NCBI GenBank assembly: GCA_937890845.1
Contig: CALADR010000255.1
Span: 1-54,679, forward strand
DNA from: an uncultured Bacteroidales bacterium
Lineage (GTDB): Bacteria > Bacteroidota > Bacteroidia > Bacteroidales > UBA932
Direction of reading: 5' to 3'
Length of the DNA stretch: 54,679 nt
Shown here: positions 29,428-39,793 of the stretch, piece after piece
Numbering within the stretch: position 1 is the stretch's first letter
Layout: the number at the start of each line of letters is the position of its first letter
Program-made: the position numbers and the translations under genes
The notes under the pieces: generated by a model
Told to the model about the DNA's origin: nothing
The model's input: only the letters and a program-made list of their open reading frames with translations
The model's database searches: none

Positions 29428-30317
29428 TGGAAAACAGAAGTGCAAATGACTTGCTCAGGAAAGTCAGGAAGATTGAGATAAAGACACGGGCTCTTTCACA
29501 CCAGATTTTTGCCGGTGAGTATCATTCTGCCTTCAAGGGACGGGGCATGGCTTTCAGTGAGGTGCGTGAATATCAGTTCGGAGATGATGTGAGAAATATG
29601 GACTGGAATGTCACTGCCAGACTGAGGTCTCCATATGTGAAGGTTTTTGAGGAAGAGAGAGAGCTGACAGTGGTTTTGCTGATAGATGTCAGCCGGTCCG
29701 GTCTTTTCGGAACATCAGGAATGACCAAGAAGGACCTTATAGCCGAGATTGCGGCAGTACTGTCTTTTTCGGCCATTATCAATAATGATAAGGTGGGTGC
29801 ACTCTTCTTTAGCGATAAAGTTGAGAAATTCATACCTCCAAAGAAAGGAAGAAGCCATCTGCTTCATATAATACGAGAGATAATCGAACTTCAGCCTTCT
29901 TCGGACCGAACTGATATCGGAGAGGCTTTACGCTATCTGACAAATGCTATAAAGAAGAGATGTACGGCGTTTGTCCTGTCAGATATGGTGGATGTACATA
30001 AAGACGGATCTCCGAGATATGAGGATGCCTTGAAGGTGGCGGCGAACCGTCATGATCTGTCAGTCATAGAAGTATATGATCCGAGAGAGAGGAATCTTCC
30101 CGATGTTGGACTCGTTCATATAAAGGATTCTGAAACGGGTGAATCAGCCTGGGTCAATACGTCCGGAAAAAAGACAAGGAAAATGTATACGGAGTGGTTC
30201 GATGCTGTTTCCCAGTCTGCGACACGACTCTTCAATAAATATAGTATTGACAATGTAAGCATATCCACAGACGAGGATTACGTCAAGGGACTTATGGCTT
30301 TTTTCAAAAAAAGATGA
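29427..30317 (+). CDS. DUF58 protein
   Basis: FKGRGMAFSEVREYQFGDDVRNMDWNVTAR, EEERE. Confidence 0.92.
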   Translation: MENRSANDLLRKVRKIEIKTRALSHQIFAGEYHSAFKGRGMAFSEVREYQFGDDVRNMDWNVTARLRSPYVKVFEEERELTVVLLIDVSRSGLFGTSGMTKKDLIAEIAAVLSFSAIINNDKVGALFFSDKVEKFIPPKKGRSHLLHIIREIIELQPSSDRTDIGEALRYLTNAIKKRCTAFVLSDMVDVHKDGSPRYEDALKVAANRHDLSVIEVYDPRERNLPDVGLVHIKDSETGESAWVNTSGKKTRKMYTEWFDAVSQSATRLFNKYSIDNVSISTDEDYVKGLMAFFKKR

Positions 30318-30338
30318 TTGTCAACAAGAATTGAGATT

Positions 30339-31367
30339 ATGAACTTTTTTTCATATTTGGCGGCGACGCTTTGTATAATAGTGGGTTTTATTCCGGCACA
30401 GGCAGGAAACAGTGGCTTGAAAACACCGGGAAGTTCGTTCCTAAAGCAGCTTCAGGAACGAGATTCTATTCTTGTTGCAGATCAGCTGAAGTACGGATTC
30501 CGCTTGGAAAATGTACCTGAAGGGACCGGATTTGCCCTGCCTGATTTTTCAAAAGGCTTCTGTGACAGTGTTGAGGTAGTATCTCCTATGCGTATAGATA
30601 CACTGGAGTTCAGGAAAGGAAGGAAAGGTGCCCCCGGAACTTATGATCTGGAAGGAAGTATGGTTATCACTTCTTTTGATGAAGGAGAGTATTCCCTTCC
30701 TCCGTTGTCAGTGTTGAGACATTCTGCAGATGGAGTTATTGATACTCTGGTGTTTGAGCCTAAATCAATGACAGTCAAGTCAATGCCTGTAGATACAGCA
30801 TCTTTCAAGGTGCATGATATAAAGGGTCAGGTGCGTTATCCTCTGACTTTCAGAGAATTGCTTCCATATATACTCTTTGCAGTATTTTTCTCCCTGATAG
30901 TATTTTTTATCGTACGTTATATACGTAAGCGCATGGCTGGAGGTTCCGGCGGCAATATGAAAAAGGAGCCGGCTCATATAGTGGCTTTGAGAAAACTGGA
31001 TCATCTTAGAGGTAACAAATTATGGGGTCAGGACAAGCAGAAGTTCTTTTATTCTGGTGTGACGGATGCGCTTAGAGAGTATATGGTTTCCCGTTACGGC
31101 ATCCCTGCAATGGAGATGACTACAAAGGAGATTTTTGACGGTCTTGTAGGAAAAGAAATTCCAGCAGACATTTATGTTGAAGTCAAGGAACTTTTTGAGA
31201 GGGCGGACTTTGTCAAGTTTGCAAAGTATGTCGCAGGTGAGGAGGAAAATGCATCCGCAGTTCCGGCGGCCGTACGTTTCGTTACACAGACATATCAGGC
31301 GGAACTTGATTCGGAGGCTGATGACAGTGCAGTCTCAGAAGACCAGACAGTTGAAACTAAACAGTGA
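30339..31367 (+). CDS. Bat-operon membrane protein (hypothetical)
   Basis: Signal peptide, ITSFDEG, single TM, AMEMTT...ADFVKFAK; position between DUF58 and batA. Confidence 0.7.
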   Translation: MNFFSYLAATLCIIVGFIPAQAGNSGLKTPGSSFLKQLQERDSILVADQLKYGFRLENVPEGTGFALPDFSKGFCDSVEVVSPMRIDTLEFRKGRKGAPGTYDLEGSMVITSFDEGEYSLPPLSVLRHSADGVIDTLVFEPKSMTVKSMPVDTASFKVHDIKGQVRYPLTFRELLPYILFAVFFSLIVFFIVRYIRKRMAGGSGGNMKKEPAHIVALRKLDHLRGNKLWGQDKQKFFYSGVTDALREYMVSRYGIPAMEMTTKEIFDGLVGKEIPADIYVEVKELFERADFVKFAKYVAGEEENASAVPAAVRFVTQTYQAELDSEADDSAVSEDQTVETKQ

Positions 31368-31374
31368 ATAGACG

Positions 31375-32361
31375 ATGTTTTTTGAATATCCTGAAATATT
31401 GTGGCTGGAGATAGTGCCTGTATTGCTTATACTGCATTATCTGTATATTGAGTTGAGAGAGCGCAGACCACACCTGAGAGTTTCGGTTTCTATACCATGG
31501 AAGCTCTCGGGAGGCTCTGTACTTACGTGGGTCAGGCATTTGCCGTTTATCTTGAGGACCTTGGCCGTCATTATGATTATAATAGCCATTGCTCGTCCGA
31601 GATCTTCGGAAAAAATGGATAAGGTTGATACCGAAGGTATAGACATAATGCTTACGATGGACGTTTCCACAAGTATGCTTGCCAGGGATTTCAAGCCTGA
31701 TAGAATCAGTGCTGCAAAGGATATCGCGATAGAATTCATTTCGCAGCGTCCTTCTGACAGAATCGGTATTGTCGTATTTGCCGGAGAGAGTTATACCCAG
31801 TGTCCTCTCACTACAGACAGGGCTACACTTATAAACCTTATGAAAGAGGTGCAGACGGATCTTATCGAGGACGGTACCGCTATAGGAAATGGTCTTGCTA
31901 CGGCTGTAGCCAGGCTTAAGGATTCTGATGCAAAGAGCAGGGTGGTGATATTGCTTACTGACGGAGTGAACAACAGGGGGGAGATAACTCCGCAGATGGC
32001 TTCGGAAATAGCAAAAACCTATGGTGTAAGGGTATATACTATAGGAGTAGGAGCCATGGGAACCGCACCGTATCCTGTAATGACGCCATGGGGCGTGGAT
32101 ATCCAGAATGTTCGTGTGGAGATAGATGAGAAACTGCTTGAAGAAATAGCGTCAATGACTGGCGGAAAATATTTCCGTGCTACTGACAATACCAAGCTTA
32201 TGGAGATTTACAGTGAAATCAACAAGATGGAGAAAGCGCGTACAACTATTGACAGTTTCCCTGTTTATAAGGAACTGTTCTCCATTTATGCCCTGATTGC
32301 GCTTGCCGCACTTCTTATGGAGTTGATTGTAAGGTTGTTTGTAATAAAAAGACTCCCATAA
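31375..32361 (+). CDS. batA: BatA, vWA domain protein
   Basis: DVSTSM MIDAS, GTAIGNG, LLTDGVNN, YTIGVG. Confidence 0.9.
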   Translation: MFFEYPEILWLEIVPVLLILHYLYIELRERRPHLRVSVSIPWKLSGGSVLTWVRHLPFILRTLAVIMIIIAIARPRSSEKMDKVDTEGIDIMLTMDVSTSMLARDFKPDRISAAKDIAIEFISQRPSDRIGIVVFAGESYTQCPLTTDRATLINLMKEVQTDLIEDGTAIGNGLATAVARLKDSDAKSRVVILLTDGVNNRGEITPQMASEIAKTYGVRVYTIGVGAMGTAPYPVMTPWGVDIQNVRVEIDEKLLEEIASMTGGKYFRATDNTKLMEIYSEINKMEKARTTIDSFPVYKELFSIYALIALAALLMELIVRLFVIKRLP

Positions 32362-32379
32362 CTGCAGGAGGAAGATGAT

Positions 32380-33381
32380 ATGATAAATTTTGCACAGGCG
32401 CAATATCTGTTTTTAATATTGCTTATTCCGTTATTCTTCGTATTGCAGGCAATAATGCTGCATCAGAAGAAGAAAAACATCCGCAAGTTCGGTGATGCGG
32501 AACTTGTACGTAAACTTATGCCGTCTTACTCCAAATCGAAAGGTTGGGCAAGAGTAATTCTGTTTTCTATAGGCTTTTTCTTTTTTGTAATAGGACTTTC
32601 AAGACCTCAGATCGGTGCGAAACTAAAGGAGCATGAAGCTAAAGGTGTGGAAATAATGCTTGCACTTGATGTTTCCAACTCTATGTTAGCCGAAGACTAT
32701 TCTCCAAACAGACTGGATAGGGCCAAACTGGCGATTTCAAGGCTGGTAGATAAATTAAGGGATGATAGGATAGGTCTTATTGTTTTTGCCGGAACATCAT
32801 TTGTCCAGTTGCCTGTGACTACTGACTATGTTTCTGCAAAAATGTTTTTAAGTTCTATATCGAATGAATCCATACCGGTTCAGGGAACAGCCATAGGTGA
32901 TGCAATCAATACTGCAATTAGAAGTTTTAGCGCACAAAGCGAGAAAAGCCGTGCGATAATTATAATTACAGATGGAGAGAATCATGAAGATGATCCGGTT
33001 GAGGCGGCCAAAAGGGCTGCTGAAGCAGGAATACGTGTTTTTACTATAGGTGTAGGGTCTCCTGAGGGAAAGCCGATCCCTTTCAATGGAGAACTGATGA
33101 AAGACAAAAATGGTGAAATAGTCGTTACAAGACTGGATGAGGACGTGCTTAAAAAAGTCGCAGAGGCAGGCAACGGAGCGTATGTCAGGGCAGGGAACAG
33201 CGAATTTGGCTTAGCTCCTGTTGTTCAGAGTATAAAGAAAATGGATGAAGAAAAATTCAGTTCAGTTGTTTTCGAGGAGTTCGACGAACAATATATGTAT
33301 TTCTTTGCCATAGCCTTGTTGTTTTTTGTCATAGAGATGCTTGTCGGAGAGAGAAAATCAAAAAAGCATTTGTTTAGCTGA
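32380..33381 (+). CDS. batB: BatB, vWA domain protein
   Basis: LSRPQIG, DVSNSM, ITDGENHE. Confidence 0.9.
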   Translation: MINFAQAQYLFLILLIPLFFVLQAIMLHQKKKNIRKFGDAELVRKLMPSYSKSKGWARVILFSIGFFFFVIGLSRPQIGAKLKEHEAKGVEIMLALDVSNSMLAEDYSPNRLDRAKLAISRLVDKLRDDRIGLIVFAGTSFVQLPVTTDYVSAKMFLSSISNESIPVQGTAIGDAINTAIRSFSAQSEKSRAIIIITDGENHEDDPVEAAKRAAEAGIRVFTIGVGSPEGKPIPFNGELMKDKNGEIVVTRLDEDVLKKVAEAGNGAYVRAGNSEFGLAPVVQSIKKMDEEKFSSVVFEEFDEQYMYFFAIALLFFVIEMLVGERKSKKHLFS

Positions 33382-33414
33382 AATATTTATCGTTGATATC
33401 GGAAGTTTTGAAAA

Positions 33415-34158
33415 ATGAAAAGATCTGTATACATATTGGCTTGTTTGTTTGTTGCAGTCTTTTTTTGTCAGGCGCTTTCTGCACGGCAGATTCCTGACAG
33501 GAAAGATGTCAGGAGAGGTAATCGGGATTTCAAGAAAGAAAATTATAAAGAGGCTGAAATTGACTACAGGAAAGCCCTGGTAAAGGACTCCACTTCTTTT
33601 GCAGCCAATTATAACTTGGGAAATGCTTTATATAAGATGAATGACTTCCACCAGGCCGGTAAGGCTTATGCTGCCTTGAAGGCTTCGGCTGCAGATAATC
33701 CCGGTGCGTCTGATTTGTACTATAACATGGGAAATGTTTCTGTTCAATCCAAAGACTGGCAGTCTGCAGTAGATGCCTATAAGCAGGCTCTTTTGAGGAA
33801 CCCTTCTGACCTTGATGCCAAGGAAAATTATATTTATGCCAGAAAAATGCTTGAAAATCAGCGGAATCAGGATAAAAATAATCAGGATAACAAGAACAAT
33901 CAGGACAATAAAGACAATCAAAACAAGGACCAGCAGGATAATAAGGACAATCAGGATAACAAGGATGATAACAGAAATCAGGACAAAGAGCAGAACAAGC
34001 AGAATTCCCAGCCGCAGCAGTCTGAGTCAAAAATAACTCCGCAGGCAGCTCAGCAGATGCTTCAGGCGATTCAGGCAAAGGAAAAAGAGACTCAGGAGAA
34101 AGTTAAGAAAGAAAAGGCTCAGGCCCTGAAATCAAGACAGAAGGAAAAGAATTGGTAG
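33415..34158 (+). CDS. batC: BatC, TPR protein with Q/D/N/K low-complexity linker
   Basis: TPR motifs (YNLGNALY, YNMGN), NQDNK repeats, C-terminal EKNW. Confidence 0.88.
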   Translation: MKRSVYILACLFVAVFFCQALSARQIPDRKDVRRGNRDFKKENYKEAEIDYRKALVKDSTSFAANYNLGNALYKMNDFHQAGKAYAALKASAADNPGASDLYYNMGNVSVQSKDWQSAVDAYKQALLRNPSDLDAKENYIYARKMLENQRNQDKNNQDNKNNQDNKDNQNKDQQDNKDNQDNKDDNRNQDKEQNKQNSQPQQSESKITPQAAQQMLQAIQAKEKETQEKVKKEKAQALKSRQKEKNW

Positions 34159-34162
34159 TATT

Positions 34163-36823
34163 ATGATGAAAAGACTTTTTGCATTTATAACTTGTTTCTT
34201 TGCCGTCATCGGAATAATGTCGGCTCAGAGTACATTGAGGGTTGAGGCGCCGAATGTAGTGGCAGCCGATGAACAGTTTACTGTGACTTTCATTATAGAA
34301 GGGGAAAATTCACCCTCTGAGTTCCAGTGGAGCCAGGGAAGCGACTTCCAGCTCGTCTGGGGACCGCAGACAGGAAGATCTACTAGCGTCCAGATTATAA
34401 ATGGGAAAAGAACAAAATCATCACAGTTTACCTATACGTACATACTTATGCCAAAGCAGTCTGGATCATACACATTGCCTGCTGCTACGGCTAAGGTGAA
34501 AGGGGAGACTTTATCATCTTCTGAACTTGCCATTGAAGTGGTGGCAGATGCAACTTCGTCTGGCGGCAATGCCTCACAGTCATCAGGAGTGTCAAAGTCT
34601 TCGGCAGAAAGCCTGTCTGCGATATCGGAAGACGACTTGTTCCTGAAACTTACACTTGACCGGACAAAGGTGGTCGTCGGGGAGCCGGTAACTGCCACGC
34701 TCAAGCTTTATCAGAGAGTAAACATAGCTGGTTTTGAAGATGCCCGCTTTCCGGCATTCAACGGTTTTTGGAGTCAGGAAGTATCTGCACCTACCAATAT
34801 TGAGTTCAAGCGGGAAAGCTATGATGGGAAAATTTATAATACCGCTGTCTTGAGAAGTTATATGCTGATACCTCAGCAGACAGGTGATATTACAGTTGAT
34901 CCTGCTGAATTGGTATGTCTTGTAAATATCAGAGTGGCATCCAGTGGCGGAGCAAGCATATTTGACGGATTTTTCGATGATTACAGGACTATAAGAAAGA
35001 GAGTAACGACACCTTCCCAGACTATTCATGTTTCAGCCCTTCCGTCTGGGGCTCCTGCTTCTTTTGGTGGCGGAGTGGGGGATTTCAACCTGAAGGTCCG
35101 TATGAGCAAGGACTCCCTTACTACTCATGAAGCTTCCTCACTGATTGTTACTGTTTCAGGAAAAGGAAATGTGTCTTTGCTTAATGCTCCAAAAGTAAAG
35201 TTTCCTGCTGATTTTGAAGTATATGATACTAAAATATCGGAGCAAATGACACCAGGTTCCGGAGGAACGTCAGGAAGCAAGATTTATGAATTTCCGTTCA
35301 TTCCGAGGAGTCACGGCAGCTTTACGATAGATCCGGTTCAGTACAGCTATTATGATATAAATTCAAGGAAATATGTCACCCTTTCCTCTGAACCTTTGTC
35401 GGTTATAGTAAGTAAGGGGAAAAGTCAGGATTCACCTGCTTCCGGTATAAATGTTCCTTCAATAAGCAGGCAAGGTGTCAAGAGTCTGGGAGAAGATATC
35501 AGGTATGTCCATACAAAACTGCCGTCATTTTCATCTAAGGGAGAGTTTTTCATTTCATCTGCTACATTTAAAATACTCGCTCTTCTTATTTTGCTGGCAG
35601 GAGTTGCTGTATGGTTCTTCTTCCGGAATATGGAGAAGCGTAGGGCGGATGTGGCCGGGATGAAGACTCGCAAGGCTACCAAGATGGCTCTGAAACGCCT
35701 TAAACTTGCAGATACTTATTTGAGGCAGAATCTTTATACCGCATTTTATGAAGAGCTGCATAAGGCTGTCGTTGGATTTGTTTCTGATAAACTGAATATG
35801 TCTGTTGCAGACTTTTCAAAAGAAAATATTTCTGAAAAACTTCTGGACAGTGGAGTTGATTCTTCATTGGTCGAATCCCTTATAGGCATCTTGGATGCAT
35901 GTGAGTTCGCACGTTACTCTCCGGATTCTGGAAATGAAGCCATGCAGAGGCATTATCAGGTGGCAGTTGATGTAATTTCATCAATAGATTCAAGTATGAA
36001 GCCCAACAGAAAAATTTTTGACGGTATGAAAGGTAAAAAAAATAACAGTATAACTAATGCAGGCATGCTTTTCATTACATTCATGCTGGCATTCCCTTAT
36101 ATTTCTTCCGCGACTGCGGATTCTTATGTAGATTCGCTTTGGACTAAAGCTACGGAATCCTATGCTTCAGGAGACTGGAAGTCAGCTTTGGATACATATA
36201 GGTCAATAGATAAAATGGGACTTGAGTCAGCTGCTCTGTACTGTAATATCGGAAGTGCTTATTTCAAGTCTGACGAAGTGCCGCAAGCTATACTTTATTT
36301 TGAAAAAGCATTGAAAATTGACCCGTCCTATGCGGATGCAAGATATAATCTGGAAGTAGCGACTTCTGTTATTCAGGATAAGATTGATCCTGTTCCTGAA
36401 TTTATTCTGGCAAGCTGGACAAAATCTCTTTGTTATATGCTTGATTCGGATGCCTGGGCTATTTCTGCTCTAATATTTCTGAGTCTTACAGTAGCATTTG
36501 TCCTTGTCTTCTTCTTGTCAGCATCAGTGGCAGCCAGAAAGACAGGTTTCGCTCTGTCTTTGGTTTTCATTTTATTCTCAGCCGGAGCTTTTTCCTTTTC
36601 TGTATGGCAGAAAAACGAATATATCAGAGCTGACAGTGCGATAATAATGGTTCCGGTTTCATCCGTGAAGAGTTCGCCTTCTGAAGACGGGTCCAAGGAT
36701 TTGTTTATTCTTCATGAAGGGACCAAGATCAATGTCCTTGATTCAGTAGGGGAATGGCGCAATATTGAGTTGGCAGACGGACGTCAGGGTTGGATTCGTA
36801 CTTCGGATATGGAAGTGATATAG
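34163..36823 (+). CDS. batD: BatD fused to a BatE-like TPR + SH3 module
   Basis: BatD repeats, then C-terminal YCNIGSAYFK...A.YNL TPR and LFILHEGTKI...ADGRQGWI SH3-like end; 886 aa uninterrupted. Confidence 0.85.
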   Translation: MMKRLFAFITCFFAVIGIMSAQSTLRVEAPNVVAADEQFTVTFIIEGENSPSEFQWSQGSDFQLVWGPQTGRSTSVQIINGKRTKSSQFTYTYILMPKQSGSYTLPAATAKVKGETLSSSELAIEVVADATSSGGNASQSSGVSKSSAESLSAISEDDLFLKLTLDRTKVVVGEPVTATLKLYQRVNIAGFEDARFPAFNGFWSQEVSAPTNIEFKRESYDGKIYNTAVLRSYMLIPQQTGDITVDPAELVCLVNIRVASSGGASIFDGFFDDYRTIRKRVTTPSQTIHVSALPSGAPASFGGGVGDFNLKVRMSKDSLTTHEASSLIVTVSGKGNVSLLNAPKVKFPADFEVYDTKISEQMTPGSGGTSGSKIYEFPFIPRSHGSFTIDPVQYSYYDINSRKYVTLSSEPLSVIVSKGKSQDSPASGINVPSISRQGVKSLGEDIRYVHTKLPSFSSKGEFFISSATFKILALLILLAGVAVWFFFRNMEKRRADVAGMKTRKATKMALKRLKLADTYLRQNLYTAFYEELHKAVVGFVSDKLNMSVADFSKENISEKLLDSGVDSSLVESLIGILDACEFARYSPDSGNEAMQRHYQVAVDVISSIDSSMKPNRKIFDGMKGKKNNSITNAGMLFITFMLAFPYISSATADSYVDSLWTKATESYASGDWKSALDTYRSIDKMGLESAALYCNIGSAYFKSDEVPQAILYFEKALKIDPSYADARYNLEVATSVIQDKIDPVPEFILASWTKSLCYMLDSDAWAISALIFLSLTVAFVLVFFLSASVAARKTGFALSLVFILFSAGAFSFSVWQKNEYIRADSAIIMVPVSSVKSSPSEDGSKDLFILHEGTKINVLDSVGEWRNIELADGRQGWIRTSDMEVI

Positions 36824-36880
36824 TTTTGTTTCCAGTCCTATCTTCATTCGGTCAAGTTCAGCCTGGCTGGATGAAAACAG

Positions 36881-36911
36881 AAAAACGCCTGACGAAAGTC
36901 AGGCGTTTTTT
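36881..36911. terminator. Bidirectional terminator (bat operon / tRNA-Arg)
   Basis: AAAAACGCCTGAC-GAAA-GTCAGGCGTTTTTT. Confidence 0.85.
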
Positions 36912-36913
36912 GC

Positions 36914-36990
36914 TGGTGATCTGGTTGGGATTCGAACCCAAGACCCACAGCTTAGAAGGCTGTTGCTCTATCCAGCTGAGCTACCAGACC
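36914..36990 (-). tRNA. tRNA-Arg(TCT), CCA encoded
   Basis: Reverse complement GGTCTGGTAGCTCAGCTGGATAGAGCAACAGCC-TTCTAA-GCTGTGGGTCTTGGGTTCGAATCCCAACCAGATCACCA; -7 box TATCTTTG at 37046-37039. Confidence 0.95.
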
Positions 36991-37071
36991 GATCCGTATT
37001 TTGCTTTGCTCTTTTAGCCATGGGAGCGTAAGCGGATGCAAAGATACAAAAAATTATTTTAATGTCAATAA

Positions 37072-38040
37072 TTAATTGATGTTTTTAGTCTTTGCCACTA
37101 CTTTTGAAGCTATTTCTATGCCTATTACGAGGCTGAAACCTATCAGAGCAAACAGGACTGCACCGCCGATGTGCATATTTACCTGCCCTGCAAACATAGT
37201 CGCAATATCTGCACCTTCTTCTGTAATGGTCTGTGCTTCAGGGAATTGTGATAATGTTACAGCTTCCATATTGCTCCATGGCCATACTTTTACCAAAGAG
37301 CCTATGATAAAACCGGCAAGAACCAGCAGTGTAGTCCTATGGAATCTTTTCAGCAGCCAGTGCAGGAATTTTGAAAAGGCGACTATGCCTATTGCCGCGC
37401 CTACCGCAAATACAGCAAGGATTATGAAGTCCATGGCTTCACCTTTCCCTGATACGATGTTTGCAATAGTACTCATCATGTATTCGTATTTGCCAAGGAT
37501 AAGAAGAATGAAACTTCCTGATATTCCAGGCAAAATCATTGCGCATATGGCTATTGCGCCGCACAGAAAGATAAACCAAAGACCGTCAGGCGTCTTTGTT
37601 GGAGACAATGTGCATATTACGACTCCAAGCGCTATTCCGGCTATGAGTGTTATCACATCTTTTGTTTTCCATCCGCTGATTCCTCTTAATATGAATATGG
37701 AAGACGCTACTATCAGTCCGAAGAAAAATGCCCAGGTCTGTATAGGGTGGAAGTTTAGCAGATACTGCATCAGCTTTGCCAGAGACATGACGCTTATCAA
37801 TATTCCGATGATCAGCGACAGCAGAAAGTTTCCGTTTATCTGTTTCCAGAATTGTTTTACCTTGCCGGTAAAAAGTAATTTAAGAGCTTCTGCGTTAATT
37901 GCGTTAATTGAGCCTACAAGATCCTCATAGATACCAGTCATGAAGGCTATTGTCCCTCCGGAAACTCCCGGAATTACATCTGCGGCACCCATACATATAC
38001 CTTTTATGGTGACCATCAGATAATTGAAGAAATTTTTCAT
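37072..38040 (-). CDS. DUF368 membrane protein
   Basis: MGAADVIPGVSGGTIAF, AMILPGISGSFILL, LVKVWPW. Confidence 0.9.
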   Translation of the reverse strand: MKNFFNYLMVTIKGICMGAADVIPGVSGGTIAFMTGIYEDLVGSINAINAEALKLLFTGKVKQFWKQINGNFLLSLIIGILISVMSLAKLMQYLLNFHPIQTWAFFFGLIVASSIFILRGISGWKTKDVITLIAGIALGVVICTLSPTKTPDGLWFIFLCGAIAICAMILPGISGSFILLILGKYEYMMSTIANIVSGKGEAMDFIILAVFAVGAAIGIVAFSKFLHWLLKRFHRTTLLVLAGFIIGSLVKVWPWSNMEAVTLSQFPEAQTITEEGADIATMFAGQVNMHIGGAVLFALIGFSLVIGIEIASKVVAKTKNIN

Positions 38041-38066
38041 TTGCTGTTATTGTTCTTTTTGTTATA

Positions 38067-38600
38067 TTACCTTATACTTTCAAGAATAGTCGTGACAGTG
38101 GAGAACAATTCAGAAATACCTTTGTCAGTATCGGATGATGCATGGACCACTATGTCATATTCATCGTAGGCAGATGTCTCCCCTCCAATCTTGAAGGTTG
38201 CAGGGAATGCAGCTGACAGTAATTTTACTGTGAAGTCACATCGTCCTGTCAGACAGATAAACAAATCTTTCTTCCTTGATAGAAGTTTTTCCGATTTTTC
38301 TTTAGAAAGGCGTCCGAACCAGTTCAGGTCATTCTTTGTAATCAGGCTTTCCTCAGTGGCTGCAGAAACTTTTGCCTTTCCACCTTTTGATGTGTCCAGG
38401 TATATAATTTCAAGTTCGATATTGTGAGCCTTGAAATAATCAAGTACAAGTTTTTCAGCTTTAGGGAATTCACCGCATCCTGCATTTATGAGTACGGCGG
38501 CACTATGGATGGACTTGATAGGCCTCATCCCGGTTTCAATGCCTGAAGCTGATTTCTTCAGACACTTTTTCCTGAATATGTTCTTGAATGTCTCAAACAT
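38067..38600 (-). CDS. Conserved hypothetical protein (DUF6913-like)
   Basis: KNDLNWFG...DLFI...ATFKIG pattern; start refined to MFETFK. Confidence 0.55.
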   Translation of the reverse strand: MFETFKNIFRKKCLKKSASGIETGMRPIKSIHSAAVLINAGCGEFPKAEKLVLDYFKAHNIELEIIYLDTSKGGKAKVSAATEESLITKNDLNWFGRLSKEKSEKLLSRKKDLFICLTGRCDFTVKLLSAAFPATFKIGGETSAYDEYDIVVHASSDTDKGISELFSTVTTILESIR

Positions 38601-38619
38601 AATATGGACTCCCGTAAGT

Positions 38620-39624
38620 TCATGACTGTTTCGAATTGGCGGCAATAATCTCCCGTATTTCCTGCTTTGCTGCTTTCCAGCGCGGGATATCAATCTTTGT
38701 ACCAATGACTTCCACGACTTTTGCGGCGATTATGGACCCTACTTCACCGCATACTTTAAGCGGCATTCCGAGAGAGTGCGCATAAAGGAATCCTGCTGCG
38801 TATGTGTCGCCGGCTCCCGTAGCGTCAATGGTGTCTGCCGGCCATGCTTCTATGAAATGATATTCATCCCCGCTCTTGAGCATTGAACCGTCTTTTCCTA
38901 TCTTTACGACTGCTATGTCGCAGTGACGTGCAAGTTCGTCAAGGGCTTCGCGTGGTTCCATTCTGGTGAACGCCTTTGCTTCACTTTCGTTGGCAAATAC
39001 AATATCGACATATTTATCCACAATGTCATGCAGGAAAGCTTCATTTGATTCCACGACATTGTAGGAAGCCATATCAAGAGAAATGATGCATCCGGCTTCT
39101 TTAGCCATCTCAACAGCTTTGCGGATAAGACTTTGGTTCTGTACCAGATATCCTTCGATATGGAAATAGTCATATCCCTGAAAATATTCCGGTTTCAAAT
39201 CATCTGGGCAAAGCTCGAGGGCTGCACCAAGATATACTGCGAAAGTCCTTTCTGCATTTGGTGCCGTGATGAAAACCATAGCTCTTCCAGAAGAGTTTAC
39301 ACCTTTGAAAAGAGTTGATCTTATGCCATACTGTTCCTGATCGCTCCTGAAAAGATGCCCCAATTCATCATCTCCAACTTTCCCTATGAACCCTGATTCC
39401 ATACCGAATATGGCTGTACCTGTAATGGTATTTGCAGCGGAGCCTCCTGCCACATACTGTACGCCCATAGGTTTCAGAGTCTGCCATATCTTGTCCCCAG
39501 TAGCCATATCCACATGCTGCATACTTCCTTTCGGAAGATGGAACTCTTTAAGAAAAGTATCATCCGGAAGCACTGCCAGGATGTCGGTCAGTGCATTTCC
39601 CATTCCCAATATCGATTTCATCAA
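38620..39624 (-). CDS. PfkB/adenosine kinase family carbohydrate kinase
   Basis: GMGNALTD, GGSAANT, FANESEA, DATGAGDTYAAGF; -7 box at 39663-39656. Confidence 0.9.
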   Translation of the reverse strand: MMKSILGMGNALTDILAVLPDDTFLKEFHLPKGSMQHVDMATGDKIWQTLKPMGVQYVAGGSAANTITGTAIFGMESGFIGKVGDDELGHLFRSDQEQYGIRSTLFKGVNSSGRAMVFITAPNAERTFAVYLGAALELCPDDLKPEYFQGYDYFHIEGYLVQNQSLIRKAVEMAKEAGCIISLDMASYNVVESNEAFLHDIVDKYVDIVFANESEAKAFTRMEPREALDELARHCDIAVVKIGKDGSMLKSGDEYHFIEAWPADTIDATGAGDTYAAGFLYAHSLGMPLKVCGEVGSIIAAKVVEVIGTKIDIPRWKAAKQEIREIIAANSKQS

Positions 39625-39793
39625 AAATCTGTTTTAATGCAAGTTAAACAACTTGCAAAGATAAGAAAATTAACGATAATTGGGATTTTTCCCGTTTTGT
39701 AATAAATTTGTATCTGGGATAATGCCGCGTGTTTGTTTTTCGGTCAGGATTAGCATATATAAGGCATTTATTCTTTGTTAAAACGGACTTTAT

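Noticed and set aside
33860..34020. AATCAGGATAA-type repeats as a CRISPR or repeat array
   Set aside because: In-frame coding low-complexity linker (NQDNK) of BatC; no unique spacers.
37076..37930. 284-aa plus-strand ORF and other long antisense ORFs (e.g. 23046-23609, 25846-26382, 48369-48920, 53896-54387)
   Set aside because: Shadows of well-supported genes on the opposite strand.
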